NCBI GenBank assembly: GCA_017406485.1
Contig: JAFQYK010000224.1
Location: 1 to 51,337 of the forward strand
Direction of reading: 5' to 3'
DNA length: 51,337 nt
Source: Clostridia bacterium
Lineage (GTDB): Bacteria > Bacillota > Clostridia > UBA1381
Part shown: piece by piece, positions 1 through 14,800 of the stretch
Numbering within the stretch: the stretch's first letter is position 1
How the letters are laid out: each line of letters begins with the position of its first letter
Position numbers and translations under genes: made by a program
The notes under the pieces: model-generated
The model's database searches: none
Told to the model about the DNA's origin: nothing
What the model saw: the letters and a program-made list of their open reading frames with translations, nothing else

Positions 1-2880
1 AAGCGGATCTCTTGTTTCGTCCGGATCCTCTGTGTCGATTACGTAATCCTGAAGTCTTATAGGTCTTGACAGGATGTAGCTTGTGCCGCCTGCGAAGGCA
101 ACGTCAGCGTCTGACTGAACAGGATCGACAGCCATTGATACCTTTGCCTGCTTGTCGCTTGCCTCAGACTCAATGGTCATCATCTTGTCACGTTCAAAGT
201 CTGAACGCTTGATAGCTACATAGTACTGATACGGCTTTGTCGGATCGTACTTTGTAGTATCGTCCGGATGAGCCGGATCGGCCATTCTCTTGATTACGTA
301 GCGGCTTGAAGCCGGCTCGGTCATATCCTCTACTCGGATAAGACTTACATCGTCGTGACCGAGAGTGAGGATAAGGTCGTATTCCTGAACGTTGTCGCCG
401 GACTTAACCTTAATTCTGAAGCTCTCCGTATCATCGTCATCCGTGAGCGGCTGCTTCTCGAAGATTATTACAGGCTTCTCGCCGTCTGCTACCTTCGTAG
501 TGAGCTTTCTGTACTCGCCGTAGGTGTAGGTGCCGTCAGCAGCTTTCTTAGCAATAGCAATCTGCTGGTACGGATGATCCATTTCAACTCTGATGTCAGC
601 CGTATTCGCGCTTGTCTTGTCATACTTAACTACCTTCTCGAAGGTTACAAGACCGCTTTCGCTTGCGTCTGCCTCGGTTCTCTCTGCCGCAGGCGCGCCG
701 TAGCGGAGCATCTGAGCTGTCTTTGCGTCTGCCTCGACAGCCGTTGTCTGCTTAACTACCGCGAGGTTGAATACGTGGTAGTTATCATTGATTACATTAC
801 CCGCAGCGTCCGTTACTGTAACCTTATAATCGGTTACAGTGTCAACAGTATGTGTGTCGAGCGTTGAGATGCCGCTTATATCGTATGAATCCGCAGCCGG
901 TGATACGTTCTCGTCTGTGATAAGTACAGATGAAGTCTTATCTGTTGTGCCGTCATTGAAGCTAAAGCCTGCAGCCTCAATCTTGACTGTCTGCTCATTT
1001 GTATATTCGGCCGGAATTTCTGCAACGTACTGCTGCTGTACCGTATCGAACTTAGCCGGAACAGTTACAGGCTCTACACTGCCGTCTTCTAACGGCAGGT
1101 AATATGTTACGTTGAGCATCTCCGGCATCGGATAGTAGCTGTTTCTGTAGATACGAACTATTCTTTCCTGAGCCGTACCGGTCTTCGGGAAGATGGTGAA
1201 CGGTACCTCGATGTAGCCCTGGATACCGAACGCGTTAATTTCATCGGCGCTGAATGCGTAGTCAACCTCGTTGATGGTCGGCTTTGTGAGTCCCTCGCTG
1301 CCTATCTTAACCTGGCCGCCCTCAAGAATTGTTGACACGGTAATTACAGCCGAGTCTGCATCATCCGGAACATACGCGATGTACTTCTCGTCAACTGTCG
1401 GGTAAATTCTGTTGTAATCTACCGCTACGTACGGATCGTCCTCGTCGGCTACTCTGATGATTTCAAGAGTATAGTCAACCGATACGGTACGTCCTGCTGT
1501 AGCGAAGATTGTGATGTCAACCGTCGCCTTGCTTTCGTCGCCGAGGGCGAAGCCTGTGTAAACGGCGGGGTTGGTATCTATTGTCTTGGGTATATTAGTG
1601 ATTACCGAGCTGTTCTTATACTCGATAGGACCTGACTCCTTATAGGTAGCCTTTGTCGTTATGTCACCAATCTCCACATTTGCGGGCACGATTACCTGAT
1701 AGGTGTTCGCGCCTGTCTTAACGGCTGTGTATGTTCTGCCGTCTGCGTTTGTTGTATCCTTGAAGGTAATCTCCTCAACCGAGGTTACAAAGTCATCCTT
1801 ATAGAGATAGAGGATGTACTCACGCTGCTCGGTCTTTTCAACTACTCTATCCTCGGTTATATCGTTGCCCTCGTCATCCTGACCTACAACAACAGCTTCT
1901 GTTGTGTGGTAGGTCTGCTCTACGGTAAGCTTAACAGCGGTTACGTTGTTCGTTATAACCTCGCCGCCCTCAACCTGTACAGCCGCGACATTCTGCGCGT
2001 CGAAGTAGTTACCGTGACGGTGCTCAATGTCGTGATCTGAGTTAACAGGTATTGAAGCTACAGATACAACCGACGCCTTCTGACCCTCGGCGTATACCGT
2101 TGCGCCTATGAGGGCGTTGCCGGTAGCTGTATCCCGGCTGCTTAAGATATAGGTGAAGTAGTCAATGTTGCCGTTTTCATCTCTGTGAGCCTTTGCTCTG
2201 TTGAGGTTATCCGTTCTTGCCGTAGCGTGCGGATCTGTCATTGCCGCGAGTATATCCGACGGAATCGGGTCGAAGCTGTTGAACTGAGCCGTTACGTACG
2301 GTGTTATATCAAGGTTCTTGCTCTCTGCGATTACGGCAACCTTAGCCTTTCTGCTGTTGGTAGTGCCTGCTTCGTCAAACTGAGCATAGTAGAGTGATAC
2401 GTCCTGAACCTCTACGCCCTCTATGAGATAGTACGGTGTGCCGCCGTAATCCGCGTCGCTGCCCTCGCTGTGATAGGTCAGTGTAAGGCCGTTTGCCGTT
2501 ACAGTCGTTGTGTGCGGATTATCTGCGTCTGCCTCGATAAGTACGTTACCCTCGCTGTCGAGGAGCTTCAGAATATCCTTTTCATACGGCGCGGTAATCT
2601 TCAGCGCGCCGGTACCCTTCATATTACCGTTTTCGTCCGGAGTGATGGTGTCAACCGGAATTGCCACGCTGTAAAGCTGCTTGATATTGTTCTTCAGAAC
2701 AGGCGCCTTATAAGTTTCGCCTGTCTTAATATCTGTTACATCTATAAGCTCGTAGTCGTCCGCTGTAAGGAAGCTGCGCTCGAAGAACCACTGCGTGTCG
2801 CGCTCCTCGCCCTTGAACTTAACCGCCTCGGGATCGTGCTCTAAGATATAGATAAGACCTTCTGTTCTTCTGTCAGTTTC
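1..2880 (-). repeat. C-terminal tandem cadherin-like / Ig-like beta-sandwich domains (about 6-7 units, truncated by the window edge)
   Basis: No WG/GQLG motifs here. Units of ~100-180 aa contain Y.v.[VI]P and end in a Y.L.I.R-type strand, e.g. NTYQVIVPANVEIGDITTKA...VDITIFATAGRTVSVDYTLEIIR (~1450-1790), KYIAYVPDDADSAVITVST...FTIFPKTGTAQERIVRIYR (~1145-1440), FRIKVKSGDNVQEYDLILT (~365-420). Confidence 0.65.
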
Positions 2881-5800
2881 ATCGATTACCTGGAACGTCG
2901 CCTTCATATTGGTGCCGTTCTCGAAGTCCTCAACTACGAGTACCGCAATACCCTGGCTGTTAGCGTATACCTGTCTTGTGCTCTTTGTGTAGTTGATTAC
3001 GTTTGTACCCTGCGTTGTAAGGATGTAATATCCGTAATCAGTCTCAGTCTTTTCGTCACCGGTGATGTAGAATCTCGGTATAGAAATCTTAACCGTTTCG
3101 CTTGTTGTTACAGGCATAATCTTTGAGGTCGGGATGATTGAAGCCATACCGCCTGCTACGATTGACGGCTTTGTTACAGATACCTTTGTACCCGTAATGT
3201 GCTGCTCAAGGTCGCGCTCAACGCCTGCCGCGCCGAGACCGAGCTGGCCGTTGCTGTTAAGACCAAAGGTGTATACAAGGCCGTTCTTGTCTGCAAGCGC
3301 CTTTTCGTCCGCGGTTGAGGTTTCATCTGCGGGCATTGTGCTTCTGCCGATAACGGTGAACGCGCCGCCTGTTCCGATTGTGAGCGCTCTTATGTGGTCG
3401 GTTACGATTGTCGGTACAGCGCCCTCCGAAGATGTATCGCCTGTTGCATCGGCAACGTTTATGTATTCGGGTATGTCTATCCAGTGGTCACCGGAGAGAT
3501 TTGTCCAGTCACCGAGTCTGCCGTTCTGCGCGCTGCCCCAGCCGAGAACTCTCTGGTCGTCAAGCATTGCGAGAGCGTGTACAGTACCTGTTGCAAGGTC
3601 TATGATGTAGTCGTGTCCGCCTTCAGCATTGCTTACATCTAATCTGTCCGGAGCGAATACGCCGTTTATGTCGGTCTTTGTTGTTGTATCTCTGCCAAGC
3701 TCATCATTGTCATTCTTACCCCAGGTAATAGCTGTGCCGTCATTCAGGAGAGCCGCGGAGTATTCAAGACCGCCGTATACGCGGATTACCTTACCGTTGT
3801 AGTTGGTTACCGTTATTACATCAGGATCGCCCGGTGTCAATGCCGGAGTTGTTTCCTTAACGGTGAGGTCTACGCGCGTAGGTCTTACATACTTCGGATT
3901 ATCTGTCTTGCTTGTGAAGTTGATCTGACCCGCGTCATTGCTGCCCCAGCCCCAAACGGTACCGTCATAACGGATAGCGTAGGTCGTCTGACCGCCGTTG
4001 CCGCGGCTAAGGTCAACGACATTGTTGATGTTCTTAACTATTACAGGCTCTACTGCCATTTCCTTAACGGCGTCGGAGTCGTTTCCGAGCTGACCGTACT
4101 GATTCCAGCCCCAAGCGTAGAGTATGCCGCCTGCGGTGAGAACTACAGTGTGGTTTGAACCTGTCGTTGCCTTAACGATACCTGTGAGCGGCTTTCTTGT
4201 GCCGTCAGCGGCTGCAACTGTTACCTGCTCAGGCTCAGTTATCATACTGTGGAGCGACGGGTTATAGCCAAGACCTAACTGGCCGCGGTCGTTGCGTCCC
4301 CAAGTGTATACACTGCCCTTGCTTGTTACAGCTACAGAATGATACTGACCCGCGTATACCTTTGTTACATACTCGCCGTCATCAAGGTTATCGAAGAATG
4401 TAAGTCTCTGCGGTATCTGATCGATTACAGCGTCATTTGTGCCGATACCGAGCTGGCCGTAGGTGTTGTCACCCCAGGTCCATACGCTGCCGTCCTGCTT
4501 GAGGACAACGGTGTGCATCTGGCCGGAAGCTGTCATCGGCGCTACGATACCGTCTTCATCTATTGTGGTTACGAAGTAAACTATTCTCTCATCGTGGTCG
4601 GGGTCAGAGTCAACAGGTCTTGTAACAACTACCTGTGTAAGACCGGTGTTGTCGCCGCCTGTTACCGAAACGCCCGTTTCATCATCATTGAGAGTCGTAG
4701 TTGCGATAGTGGTGTTCTTGCTCTCGGCATTTCTTATCTTACCGTCATTGTTGAAGTCAACAAGGAGGTTGAAGTTGTTAGCCTCGGGTATGTCAAGCTC
4801 AACCGTCTCGCCTACGTGAACGGTTACTTCGTTCTTTCTTGAAATAAGTCTTGACTGACCTACAATTACAGGTGTGTCGCTCAAGGTATCTATTGAGATG
4901 AGGTTAAATCTTGAGCTGTCGCCCTGAGTATAATCACCCCAGCCGTATACGATACCGTCCATATCAGCGAATACGCTGTACTTGTCACCCGCGGAAATAC
5001 TCATTGCAGTAATTCCGTCGAGGAAGGTCTTGTTATCTCTCGGTGTGTGGAGGTACTGGATTGTACCGTCGTTCATACCGCCTACGCCAAGCTGGCCGTA
5101 GGTATTGTCACCGAATGTATAAATTGTGCCGTTCTTATCGGCAATCATTGAGTGATTGTCGCCCGCGGAGATACTGTAGATATCCGATGCGAGTACACTC
5201 GGCATACCGCTCTGGTCAAGGACTGAACCCATACCGAGCTGACCCTTTTCATTAGCGCCGAAGCCTACCGCGTTGCCGCTGTAGTAGAGAGCTAAGCTGT
5301 GCTGTCCGCCGGCAGATACAGATACGATGTGGTTATCTGTAGTAGCTGTTCCTGTATTTGCTGTTACGGCAAAGTTCGGAATTCTTGTCGGCGTCTTTAC
5401 ATCCGAGTTGATTTCGGGGATGCCGAGTCTGTTGTTCTCGTAGTTGCCGACTGCGTATACAGTACCGTTCATCTGGAGGAACAATGAGTGCTCCTTGCCT
5501 GCTGAAATCTCTCTTACCTGAGTGATGGTAAGTCTTGTCGGCGTAGAGGTCTTTTCTGTGTCACCAAGGCCTATCTGACCGCGTGAGTTATCACCCCATA
5601 CATATACGTTACCAAGATTTGAGAGAGCTAAGCTGAAGCCTTCACCTGCCGATACGGCAACAAACTTCTCATCATCTTCCTTGTCAATTGTAATCTTGTC
5701 GAAGTAATTGCGCGCCGAGCCGGTTGTGCCGAGCTGACCCTTATCGTTGTTACCTGTTGTCCAGATGTTACCCTCGCTGTCGAGAGCGATTGAGTGGTCA

Positions 5801-8800
5801 AGACCTGCTGCAACATCTGTGAAGAAGGTATCAAGAGTTATAGCTATCTGCGGTCTGTCGGACGATACATTATCCGTTGTACCAAGCTGACCGTACTCGT
5901 TAGCGCCGAAGCCCCAGATGGTGCCGTCGTGGCGAACCGTCATAGTGTGGTTCGTGCCTGCGGATACCTTAGGCTGGAAGTAGTGACCGTCATAGTAGGT
6001 TGCATCAGCAGGAATAACAATTATCATAGCATATGAGCTCTTGTTGATGCTGCCTGTTTCCTTAGCCATTACGTATGTTATGCCCGGAGCAAGACCCTCG
6101 GCATCAGCGTAGTAGAGTGTGTCACCCGCAAGGTCTGTGTCTTTGGTGCGCTCTACCTTCAGTACCGGATCGTTAAAGCCGCCGGTCTTTGCCTGGAGGT
6201 TGGTTGTGTATGTCCAGTCATACTTTGTCTTGGCGTCATCGCTGAGCTTGTAAACATTGAATGCGTCATAGGAAGCCTGAAGCTTAGCCTTTTCGCCCTC
6301 CTTAATGTAGATAGTGCCGTAGCCCGTTGCGATTACGTTGCCGTTGTCGTCAATCTTGTCAATGGCAATCTGTGAGTCACCGCAGATGATGAACTTACCG
6401 CTGTTATTTGTATCGCCGTTTGCGAGCTGGCCGTGGCCGTTCTCTCCGATACCCCATACACGGCCTTCGCTGTCAACAGCGAATGCCTGCTTATAGCCTG
6501 CCGTCAGGAAGTCGATCGTCGCCGGAACGTCATCGTTACCGGGAGCTGACTCAATTATCATCGGGAAGGTTATAGGCTCGGTTGTATCCTTGCTGATCTG
6601 GTTGCTTGAATTCTCGCCCCAGCCAAAGAGTCTTTCAACCACGTTACCGTTGCCGTCATCATACTCTGCAAGAGCGTATGAGCTGTTAGCCGAAGCGGCA
6701 ATTGTAAGAGCTGTGTAATTTCTTATAACATTTTCCTGCTTGTTCTCGTCATAAATCTCAAGCGTAAGCGGAACCTCTACCGCGCCGCTTATCGGCGTGT
6801 CAACAGGCTGACCGAGCTGACCGTATGCATTAGAGCCGTATGCCCAGAGCTTGTTGTCGCCATCAAGGGCGAGAAGGTGATCCGCGCCTGCGGCGATGTC
6901 TATAATTGAAACATCGTAGCCCTTCTTGTCGCCTGTTGTGTACTTAATCGGTACCTTGTGCGGTGTACCCTCTGATACTATCTGCCATACGGTACCGTTT
7001 CTCGTAAGAGCGTAGATACCGCTCAGCTCCATTACGTTGTCAAGGTTCGGTATAAGCTTAATCTTGCCGGAATTCTGAGCGAACAAGTCACCCATACCGT
7101 ATACAATTCCGTTATGTACATTGTCCTCCTGAACGAGGATAAGTACAGTGTTATCCTGAACTGATACCTGAGTTACGTTCTGTATCGGGTTGCCGTCCGG
7201 ATCAAGTACTTCAACCGGAGTTGCTGAGTTCTTTGCGCTTGTACCGCTGCCGAGCTGGCCATAGGTATTGTCACCCCAAGCGTAGAGTCTGCCGCTGTCT
7301 GTTACGGCATAAGACGAATTCTTACCCGCTACAACGAACTTAATAGGTTCAGCTTCTGTAGCGCCGTCAGGTATCGGGAACTCTACTCTGTTAACCGCAT
7401 TTACATCGGTTCTGCCAAGCTGGCCGAAGTCATTAGCGCCCCAGGTCCATACGCTGCCGTCTGATTTCAGTACGACGGTATGGTTCTCGCCTGCCGCTAC
7501 TATCGGGCTGTAGATGCCGCCCTCACCGATTACGGTTACATCGAAGTAAGCAGTGAGACCGCCTACATCAAGCTTCAATCTTGACTTGCCGGCTCTCTTA
7601 CCGTGGAGCTTCGGCGTCTTGGTTGTTTCTGTTCCCGGTTCAACTGTGAATATTCTCTTGTCAACCGAGCCGTAATACGGATCTGAAAGCAGCGTGTCTA
7701 TATCGGTTATGAGGTTGAAGGCCGGTGTCGCGCTGTACTCGGGTGATACAACCTTATCCTCGCCTACATTTAATTCATAAGCTGTCGGAACAACCTCAAG
7801 CTGGCCTCTGCCGACAAGCACCGGAACAGGTGAGTCAATTTCATCAAGGTTACCGAGCTGGCCGAAGTTATTGAAGCCTGCTGTCCACATAAAGCCGTTA
7901 TATTCGAGCATTGCGCTTGTATCATAGCCGGCGTCGATGTCCATTATCTTCTTGTAATCTTCAATGGTTTCACCTGTTGTGCCGTCTATAGCCGTGAAGG
8001 TTACCTTATGCGGCAGGTTGCTCTTTAAGGCTGTACCCATATTACCGAGCTGACCGTTTACGTTGTCACCCCAGGTGTATACAACGTACTTGCCGTCGTC
8101 TGTGCGGACGAGAGCCATACTGTGATCGTCACCTGCGGCAACGCGGATTGCATTGCTCAATACGTTGAGTGCTGTAACAGCACCTGTCTTATCCTTATAG
8201 TCAATAGCCTTCTTCGGTGTGTCAGCTTCGTCGTCACTCTGTACGTATGCGGCATCCATTGAACCGTAGCCGTCCTGGTCGTTACCGAGCTGACCCTTGT
8301 CGCCTGCGCCCCAGGAGAAGATTGTACCGTCCTTGGTGAGCGCGAGCGCGTGGAGGTCTGTCGAAGAGATGTCTACGATGTTATTCAGGAGATACTCTCT
8401 CGATGAAGAAGCCTCGGAGGTGTTCGCAAAGCCTGTGTATCTGTTGAAGCCTGAACGCATCGGGTTCTTCGGGATTTCCCAAACAGTACCGTTGAACTTC
8501 AGCACGTTGCCGCCCGAAATCTTGTTCACACGCTTAACCATACTGAGCTGGAGCGGCGCCGCGCCGTAGGTCTGCTCTGCGCGTTCCTGCTCATTGTCAT
8601 CATACAGGATGTCGCCTTCGTCACTTACACTCTTTGAAGAGTATGCTGAACCAAACGCGTAGGTTTCTCTGTTGATCGGCATTGAAATTGTAAGAGTGCT
8701 TACGTCTGTTCTGCCGACCTTAACAACCTGCTCGCTGCTGGTTACAAGATAGCTTGCGTTTTCATTTGTGAAGATGTCAACAATGTTAAGACCGTCGAGA

Positions 8801-11800
8801 TAATCAACCTCGCCAATCTTGCCGGCAAGTATCGGTGACGTTGAGTACGGATATTCGTCTGCATCAACGCCGAGCTGGCCTGTCTTGAAGATGTTTCCGT
8901 TATTATCGGTTACTGTGTTCGAGCCCCAAGACCAGAGTCTGCCCTCGCTGTCAAGAGCGATGGTATGTGACTTACCTACTGCAATTTTCTTGATATAGGT
9001 ATCGTCATTATCGAAGTCAAACTTAACCTGTGTCGGAATGATGTTCTTTAAGGTGCTGTTGCCGCCCTGGCCGAGCTGGCCGCTGTCGTTTCTGCCCCAG
9101 GACCATACACTGCCGTCTGCCTTCAGTACGACGGTGAAGCCGTCACCCGACTGCATCTTCGGAGTTGTCTTATAAATATTTTCTGTACCGTAAATCGGAT
9201 CACCATTGGTATCCTCGCCAATCTTGTCAAATACCTCGCCGAGTACGGTTACGTTCGCAACCGCGGTCATACTTTCGCCGTTTGCTGCATTCTCATACTT
9301 AACAAGCAGCTTCGTATCACCGTAGTTGATTACACCTGAATTCTTGTTCAGCTCAATCTTACCGTAGATAACGTTCTGTACTACATTCTTCGCGCCGAGG
9401 ATTTCCTTAGCCTCGTCGGTCGTGAGAACTGTAGCCTTGGCTATATCGCCGTTTAATGTCTCGAAGGTAAGCTGGGCTGTCTTTTCTGTGTCAACCTGAA
9501 TATCCAGGCTGAAGGAGCGCATATAAACCGCGGGGATTATGAGCGTGTCATTATCCTTGTCAAGAACTATATCGTAGTTGCCCAAAGCTATGTATTCCTC
9601 ATCAACATAGCCCGGATATGTTCTGTCCGCAACTGTGCCGCCCTCGGTTACCATAAAGTTACCGAGCTGGCCGCGGTTATTTGAACCCCAGGTGTATACA
9701 AGGCCGTCATCAACAAATGCGCCGGAGAAGTTGCTGCCGGTTGCGATACCGATGATGTTGTTATCTGCAGGCGTTGTTTCGTCGATTACGCGTACACCCT
9801 CGTCATTGAGCTTAAAGTCATAGTAGAGATCCTTGATGAGGTATGCTGAGTTAAGAGTTTCCGCACCGTTTGAACCAAGCTGGTTATTGGTGTTATCGCC
9901 CCAGCTATATGCGTTCGCCATAGCCACCATCTTAGGCTCAACAACCGTACCCTTGTTTACAGACTTACGGTCTGTTGCAAGCATATGGGTATGGAGGGTG
10001 CCGTTAGCGTCCTCTGAATAGCCAATGGAGATGTTTGCTATATTACGCAGGTACTCGGGCTTTTCAGCGCTTGCATAGTTAGTGTATGCACCCTGCTCCA
10101 TCTGCTGGTATTCGGGGTCATTTGCCCAGTTGTCGTCCGGGTTCATCGTAACTTCCATAGGAACGTTCGAGAACTTATCGGTCGTCGACGGATTTTCTCT
10201 CATCGGCTTCGGCATATAGATACCTGTACCGAGCTGATACGAGGAGTCGTCACCCCAGGCATAAACCTGTCTGTTTCTGGTATACTTAATCTTCTGATAA
10301 GGTACGCCGCCGGAGATGATGTAAATGGGCTTGCCGTTTTCGTCATATTCCGGCTCTGACTTTGTGGAGATAGCGGCAAAGTTATAGCCTCTGCCGACAA
10401 TTCTCGTTACATCCGTCAGATATTCTGTCTTACCCGAATAGTGGTAAGCGTTCGGGTTAGAGTCTATGTAGCTTACCATTGTAAGGTCTGTGTTGTAGCT
10501 TTCGTTGCTGCCGATACCAAGCTCGCCGCGCGTGTTGCCGCCGACGGTGTAAACAGTACCGTTTGCAAGGAGTACGCCTGTTGCTTCCTTACTTGCCGCC
10601 GACATTACAACGTTTGTGATTGTGTTGTCGCCGGTACCCTTCATCTTGGCAGGCTCGAAGTTTTCAGGATCATAATCGCTTGTCGTGTAGCCTCTGCCAA
10701 GCTGGCCCTTATCGTTGCGGCCCCAGGTGTAAACCTCGCCGATTGCCGTTACGGCTACGGTGTGGTAAGCGCCCGCTGACGCGTCAACTATCTGGTTATC
10801 GGTCTTGCCCTTCACAAGAATATCCTTCGTGAAGTTCTTGTATACCTCTATCTGTACGGGACGGTCTACATACGGTGCAACAATCGGGCTGATGCCGAGC
10901 TGACCGTAGGTGTTATCGCCCCATGCGTATATACGTCCGCTCTTGCCGACAGCTATGGCGTGTCTGTCGCCTACCGAGATTGTCAAAATCTTCTCAATAG
11001 GCTGGGAGATACCCTTAACTGCGTCACTTGCGTTTTCATAATATCTGTCTATCTGTACCGGAATGGTAAGCTCGCCCTGCTTACTTCCCGTACCTGAAAG
11101 TCCGGTTTCCTTGGCGTTACCGTCAGCGTCTCTTGAGAAGCTGTTGTTACCCCAGGACCATATTGTACCGTCTTTCTTGAGGGCTACCGCGAAGTCCTTA
11201 CCAAACTGCATTTGCGGATATGTCACGTCATCGGTGATGATAACTCTTGCAAATACGGGCTGGCTTGTAATTCTGTTAATAGCTATTACTCTCGTTTCAC
11301 CCTCGCCCTCGCCGCGGAGCTGAGCTCTTGACGAGTCGTTGCCGGACAGTACGGCAATACGCGCGATTGTATCGTCAAGAACCTTCCACTCGAAGGAGCC
11401 GACGCTGCCCTTTAATTCCTCATATACCGGGAACAGCTCGCCGCCCTGGATACGAAGGTCAGCCGTGCCGCCCTTTCTTCTCGTGATGGTAGGCTCACTC
11501 ATTGACATACTTGCGTTACCCGCAACAACGGGAACCATCTGAGTGGTCTTGTTCTTGATACCGAGCTGGTACTTGTTGTTGTAGCCCCAGAGGTAAACTA
11601 CGCCGTCTCTGGAGATGGAAGCGATATGCTCACCGTTTATAACAGCCGGTATGGATACTATTGTGTCAAGACGATCCAGCGATGAGTCGTTCTTGTATAC
11701 GAGAGATGGCTTATACTGGTCGAAGTTCATCGTCTTGTTGCCAAGTACGCCGGTGTTGATGCCTGAATACTTGTTTGAACCCCAGGTATAAACATTGTTA

Positions 11801-14800
11801 CCCTCGATTGTGATAGCGTTTACAGCCTCACCTGCTGTCAGCGCGCCGCTGAAGTGGTCGCCGGCGAATACCGTGTAGATGTTATCCATCGGTGTAGGCA
11901 GAGCGCCCGGAGTATCGTCATCCCATACGTATACTCTCGCGTAATCCTTTGTATCGAATACGTTACCGCTTGCCGACATTGCCGGGAACGCAAGAACCTC
12001 ATATGCGTCCTTGCTTCTTAAATCTGTTCTGCCGTGCTCTGTCTTGATGCCGGATCTGTTATTTACCTCGTAGAACTTACCATTGAGGTATGCGACACCG
12101 TTACCGAGTACGCCGTTGGTGTTGTTACCCCAAGCGTATACGGCGTTGTTAAATATGTCGTTATGTGTTACCTCTGTCGGAGTAGTTACTGTTCCCGCCG
12201 CGTCGCCTGCCTGATACGGAGCGTCCTTCTCGGATACAACGGTAATTGTTGTGTTTGCACCGTCATAATGAACGGTCTTTGTTGTATGCGTTGTTGTCTG
12301 AATTGTTTCCGTACCTGCCGTATCGCCCGGCTGGAGTACTGCTGTTGTTCTTGTCGAGCCGGTTGAAATTATACCGTCCGGAGCCAGAGCTGTAATTGTT
12401 CTCGTTCTGGTTGTAACTGTAGTTACGGTATTTCTTCTGACAGAAGATGTCGGATCGGCAAAGCCGACAAAGTCACCGAGTGTTGACTCGGTTGTTACCT
12501 GTGCGGGCTCGGAAGCGTTCTCACCGTAAACCGTAGAAGTTTCCACTGTTGTTCTGCTGTAACGGTTGACAACAGGAGCCGCGCTTTCATCGCCGTAGCT
12601 GTAAGCAACATCTTCTGTTTCAACGGTTGTTCCTATTACAGCGCCGCTTATGTCGAGAATTTCAGTAGTGGTTGTAACGGTTGTAACAGTGCCGTTTACA
12701 GACTTGGTAACTGTTATTCTCACAACATCATTTGTAGTAGTGGTTGTTACAATATCCTTGGTTGTTGTTATATCAGCCACTACCGTGGTTTCGGAGCTTT
12801 CGTCCTTAACCTCGGCATCTGTTACGGTGGTGGTTGTGGTAGTGGTCTTTGTTCTTGAGCCGTTTATCTCTGTTTCAACCGTCGCGTCCTTGGTAGTAGT
12901 GGTGGTTGAATCATAGTTATATGTATTGATTATAGCGTGGTTCGGGCCGAGAGCGGCGTTTACAATGCCCTTCATAGCGCCGGTCAGTCTGCCTGTGTCA
13001 TCGCTTGTGAGTACGGGGAGTGCGATTGTTCTGTTATATGCCGCAAGCTCCTCATTGTGCTCAGCGTTCCAGATGTCGCCGTTACCGAGCTGGCCGTTAT
13101 CGTTTGAACCGGCGATGTAGAGTGTGCCGTCGCGTCTTACAACGGCAATATTCTTCTCACCTATTACAACGTCAACCGCGTCATCAATACCGTACATTCT
13201 TACCGGTCTTACGCTGCTCTCGCTCTGCTCAAGCTCGGTAAGCTCATCCTTGCCTATACCGAGCTGGCCGTAGCGGTTGGAGCCCCAAACGTAAACCGTA
13301 CCTGTTTCGGTGATTGCCGCCGCCGTTGAGCCGGAAGCGAATACCTTTACAATCTTGCCTGTCGCGTCGGAGCCGAGGAGGCGTATACCGGTGTCAAGCT
13401 TAGTTGTGCTTTCAGCCTTTGTATCAGCATTTGCGGGGTTAGCGGGTACGTCGCGGACGTACTGCGGGCTTGCGAGGTTACGTCCTACAGACATATTTCT
13501 GCCGAGCTGGCCTATGCCTGAGTCGTTTCTGCCCCACGACCATACGTTACCGTTCTTGTCAACCGCGAGTACGAAGTTATCGCCTGCAGCGATTGAAACG
13601 ATGCCGCCAAGCGCCTTGCCGTTTACCTTGAGCTGACCGTCAGCTTCGAGCTTCGGAGCGTCTATGGTCTTGGTATTTGTACTTACACCAAGCTGACCCT
13701 TGGCATTGTCACCCCAAAGGTATACATATCCGCTGCTCGTAAGAGCCGCCGTGAACTGACCGCCAACTGCAACCATAGGCTGAACTGACTTTTCAAGGTC
13801 AGAGGTTTCGGGAAGTACGTTTACATCAAACAATGCGTACTTATCCGTGCCGCCTAAGGATACTATCATTCTTGTTGAACCGACGTTCTTGTAAGTCAGC
13901 TCACCGCTGCTTGTTATGTCTGCCACAGCAGGATTGAGCGACGTTGCTCTGAAGGTTGCGTCGGGAACGTGCTTTGTGAGCGCGTTGAAGATGTCATATG
14001 AGAATGATACCTTACCGGTTGCGGTCTTTTCAAAGTATGTTATGTTGTCAACCAGGTTGAGCTTGGTCTTTATCGCGTTATCCTCACCTACAACCGTTCC
14101 GTCTTCGCCGGTTACGTTTATAACGCCGGAGTATACGTCTACGAGTGAAGCGGAGCTTGTGAGAATTGCGTCGCCAAGCTGGCCGCGTGCATTGTTACCC
14201 ACGGTCTTTATGCTACCATCACGTGTGATGAAGCCGGACATCTGACCGCCGGCGCTTACGGATGCAGTAAGTATGTCGCTTACGCCGTCAACCGGTCTGA
14301 TGGTCATTATGTGTCTTGTATTTGTATCATTTGCGAGCTTGCCGCCGTTATTGTAGCCCGCGGCCATAATCGAGCCGTCCTTCTGAACGAAGATAGCTCC
14401 GTCGCCGTTGGTTACATCTATTGTATCGTTAAGTACGTCAAGCCTTTGCGGCGCGTAGATACCCGTGTCAGGTACTATGTAGCTTTCGGTGCTGCCCCAA
14501 GCATAGTATGCCTTGTCAAGTGAATTATGCGTTGTGGTAAGAGCTACGGCGTTGCCGTCACCTGCGGCAACTTCAAGAGTATGAACGTCATTCTCGAAGC
14601 CGTTACCTCTTATTACAGCCTGACCCGTTACGGAGTCTGTTACGCCCTCTGCAAATTCGTGGTTCTTGCTTGAACCCCACGCAACTACCTTACCTGTTTC
14701 CTGAACACCGTATGCTGTTGAGCGCTTATCGCCGCTGCCTGCCGATATGGAGGTTATTCTTGAAACAGATGCAATAGTCGGTGTTGTAACTGTCTTTGTG

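Noticed and set aside
12640-12910. GGT/AGT/TGT triplet runs as a phase-variable microsatellite
   Set aside because: These are mixed synonymous Thr codons, and unit changes would preserve the frame.
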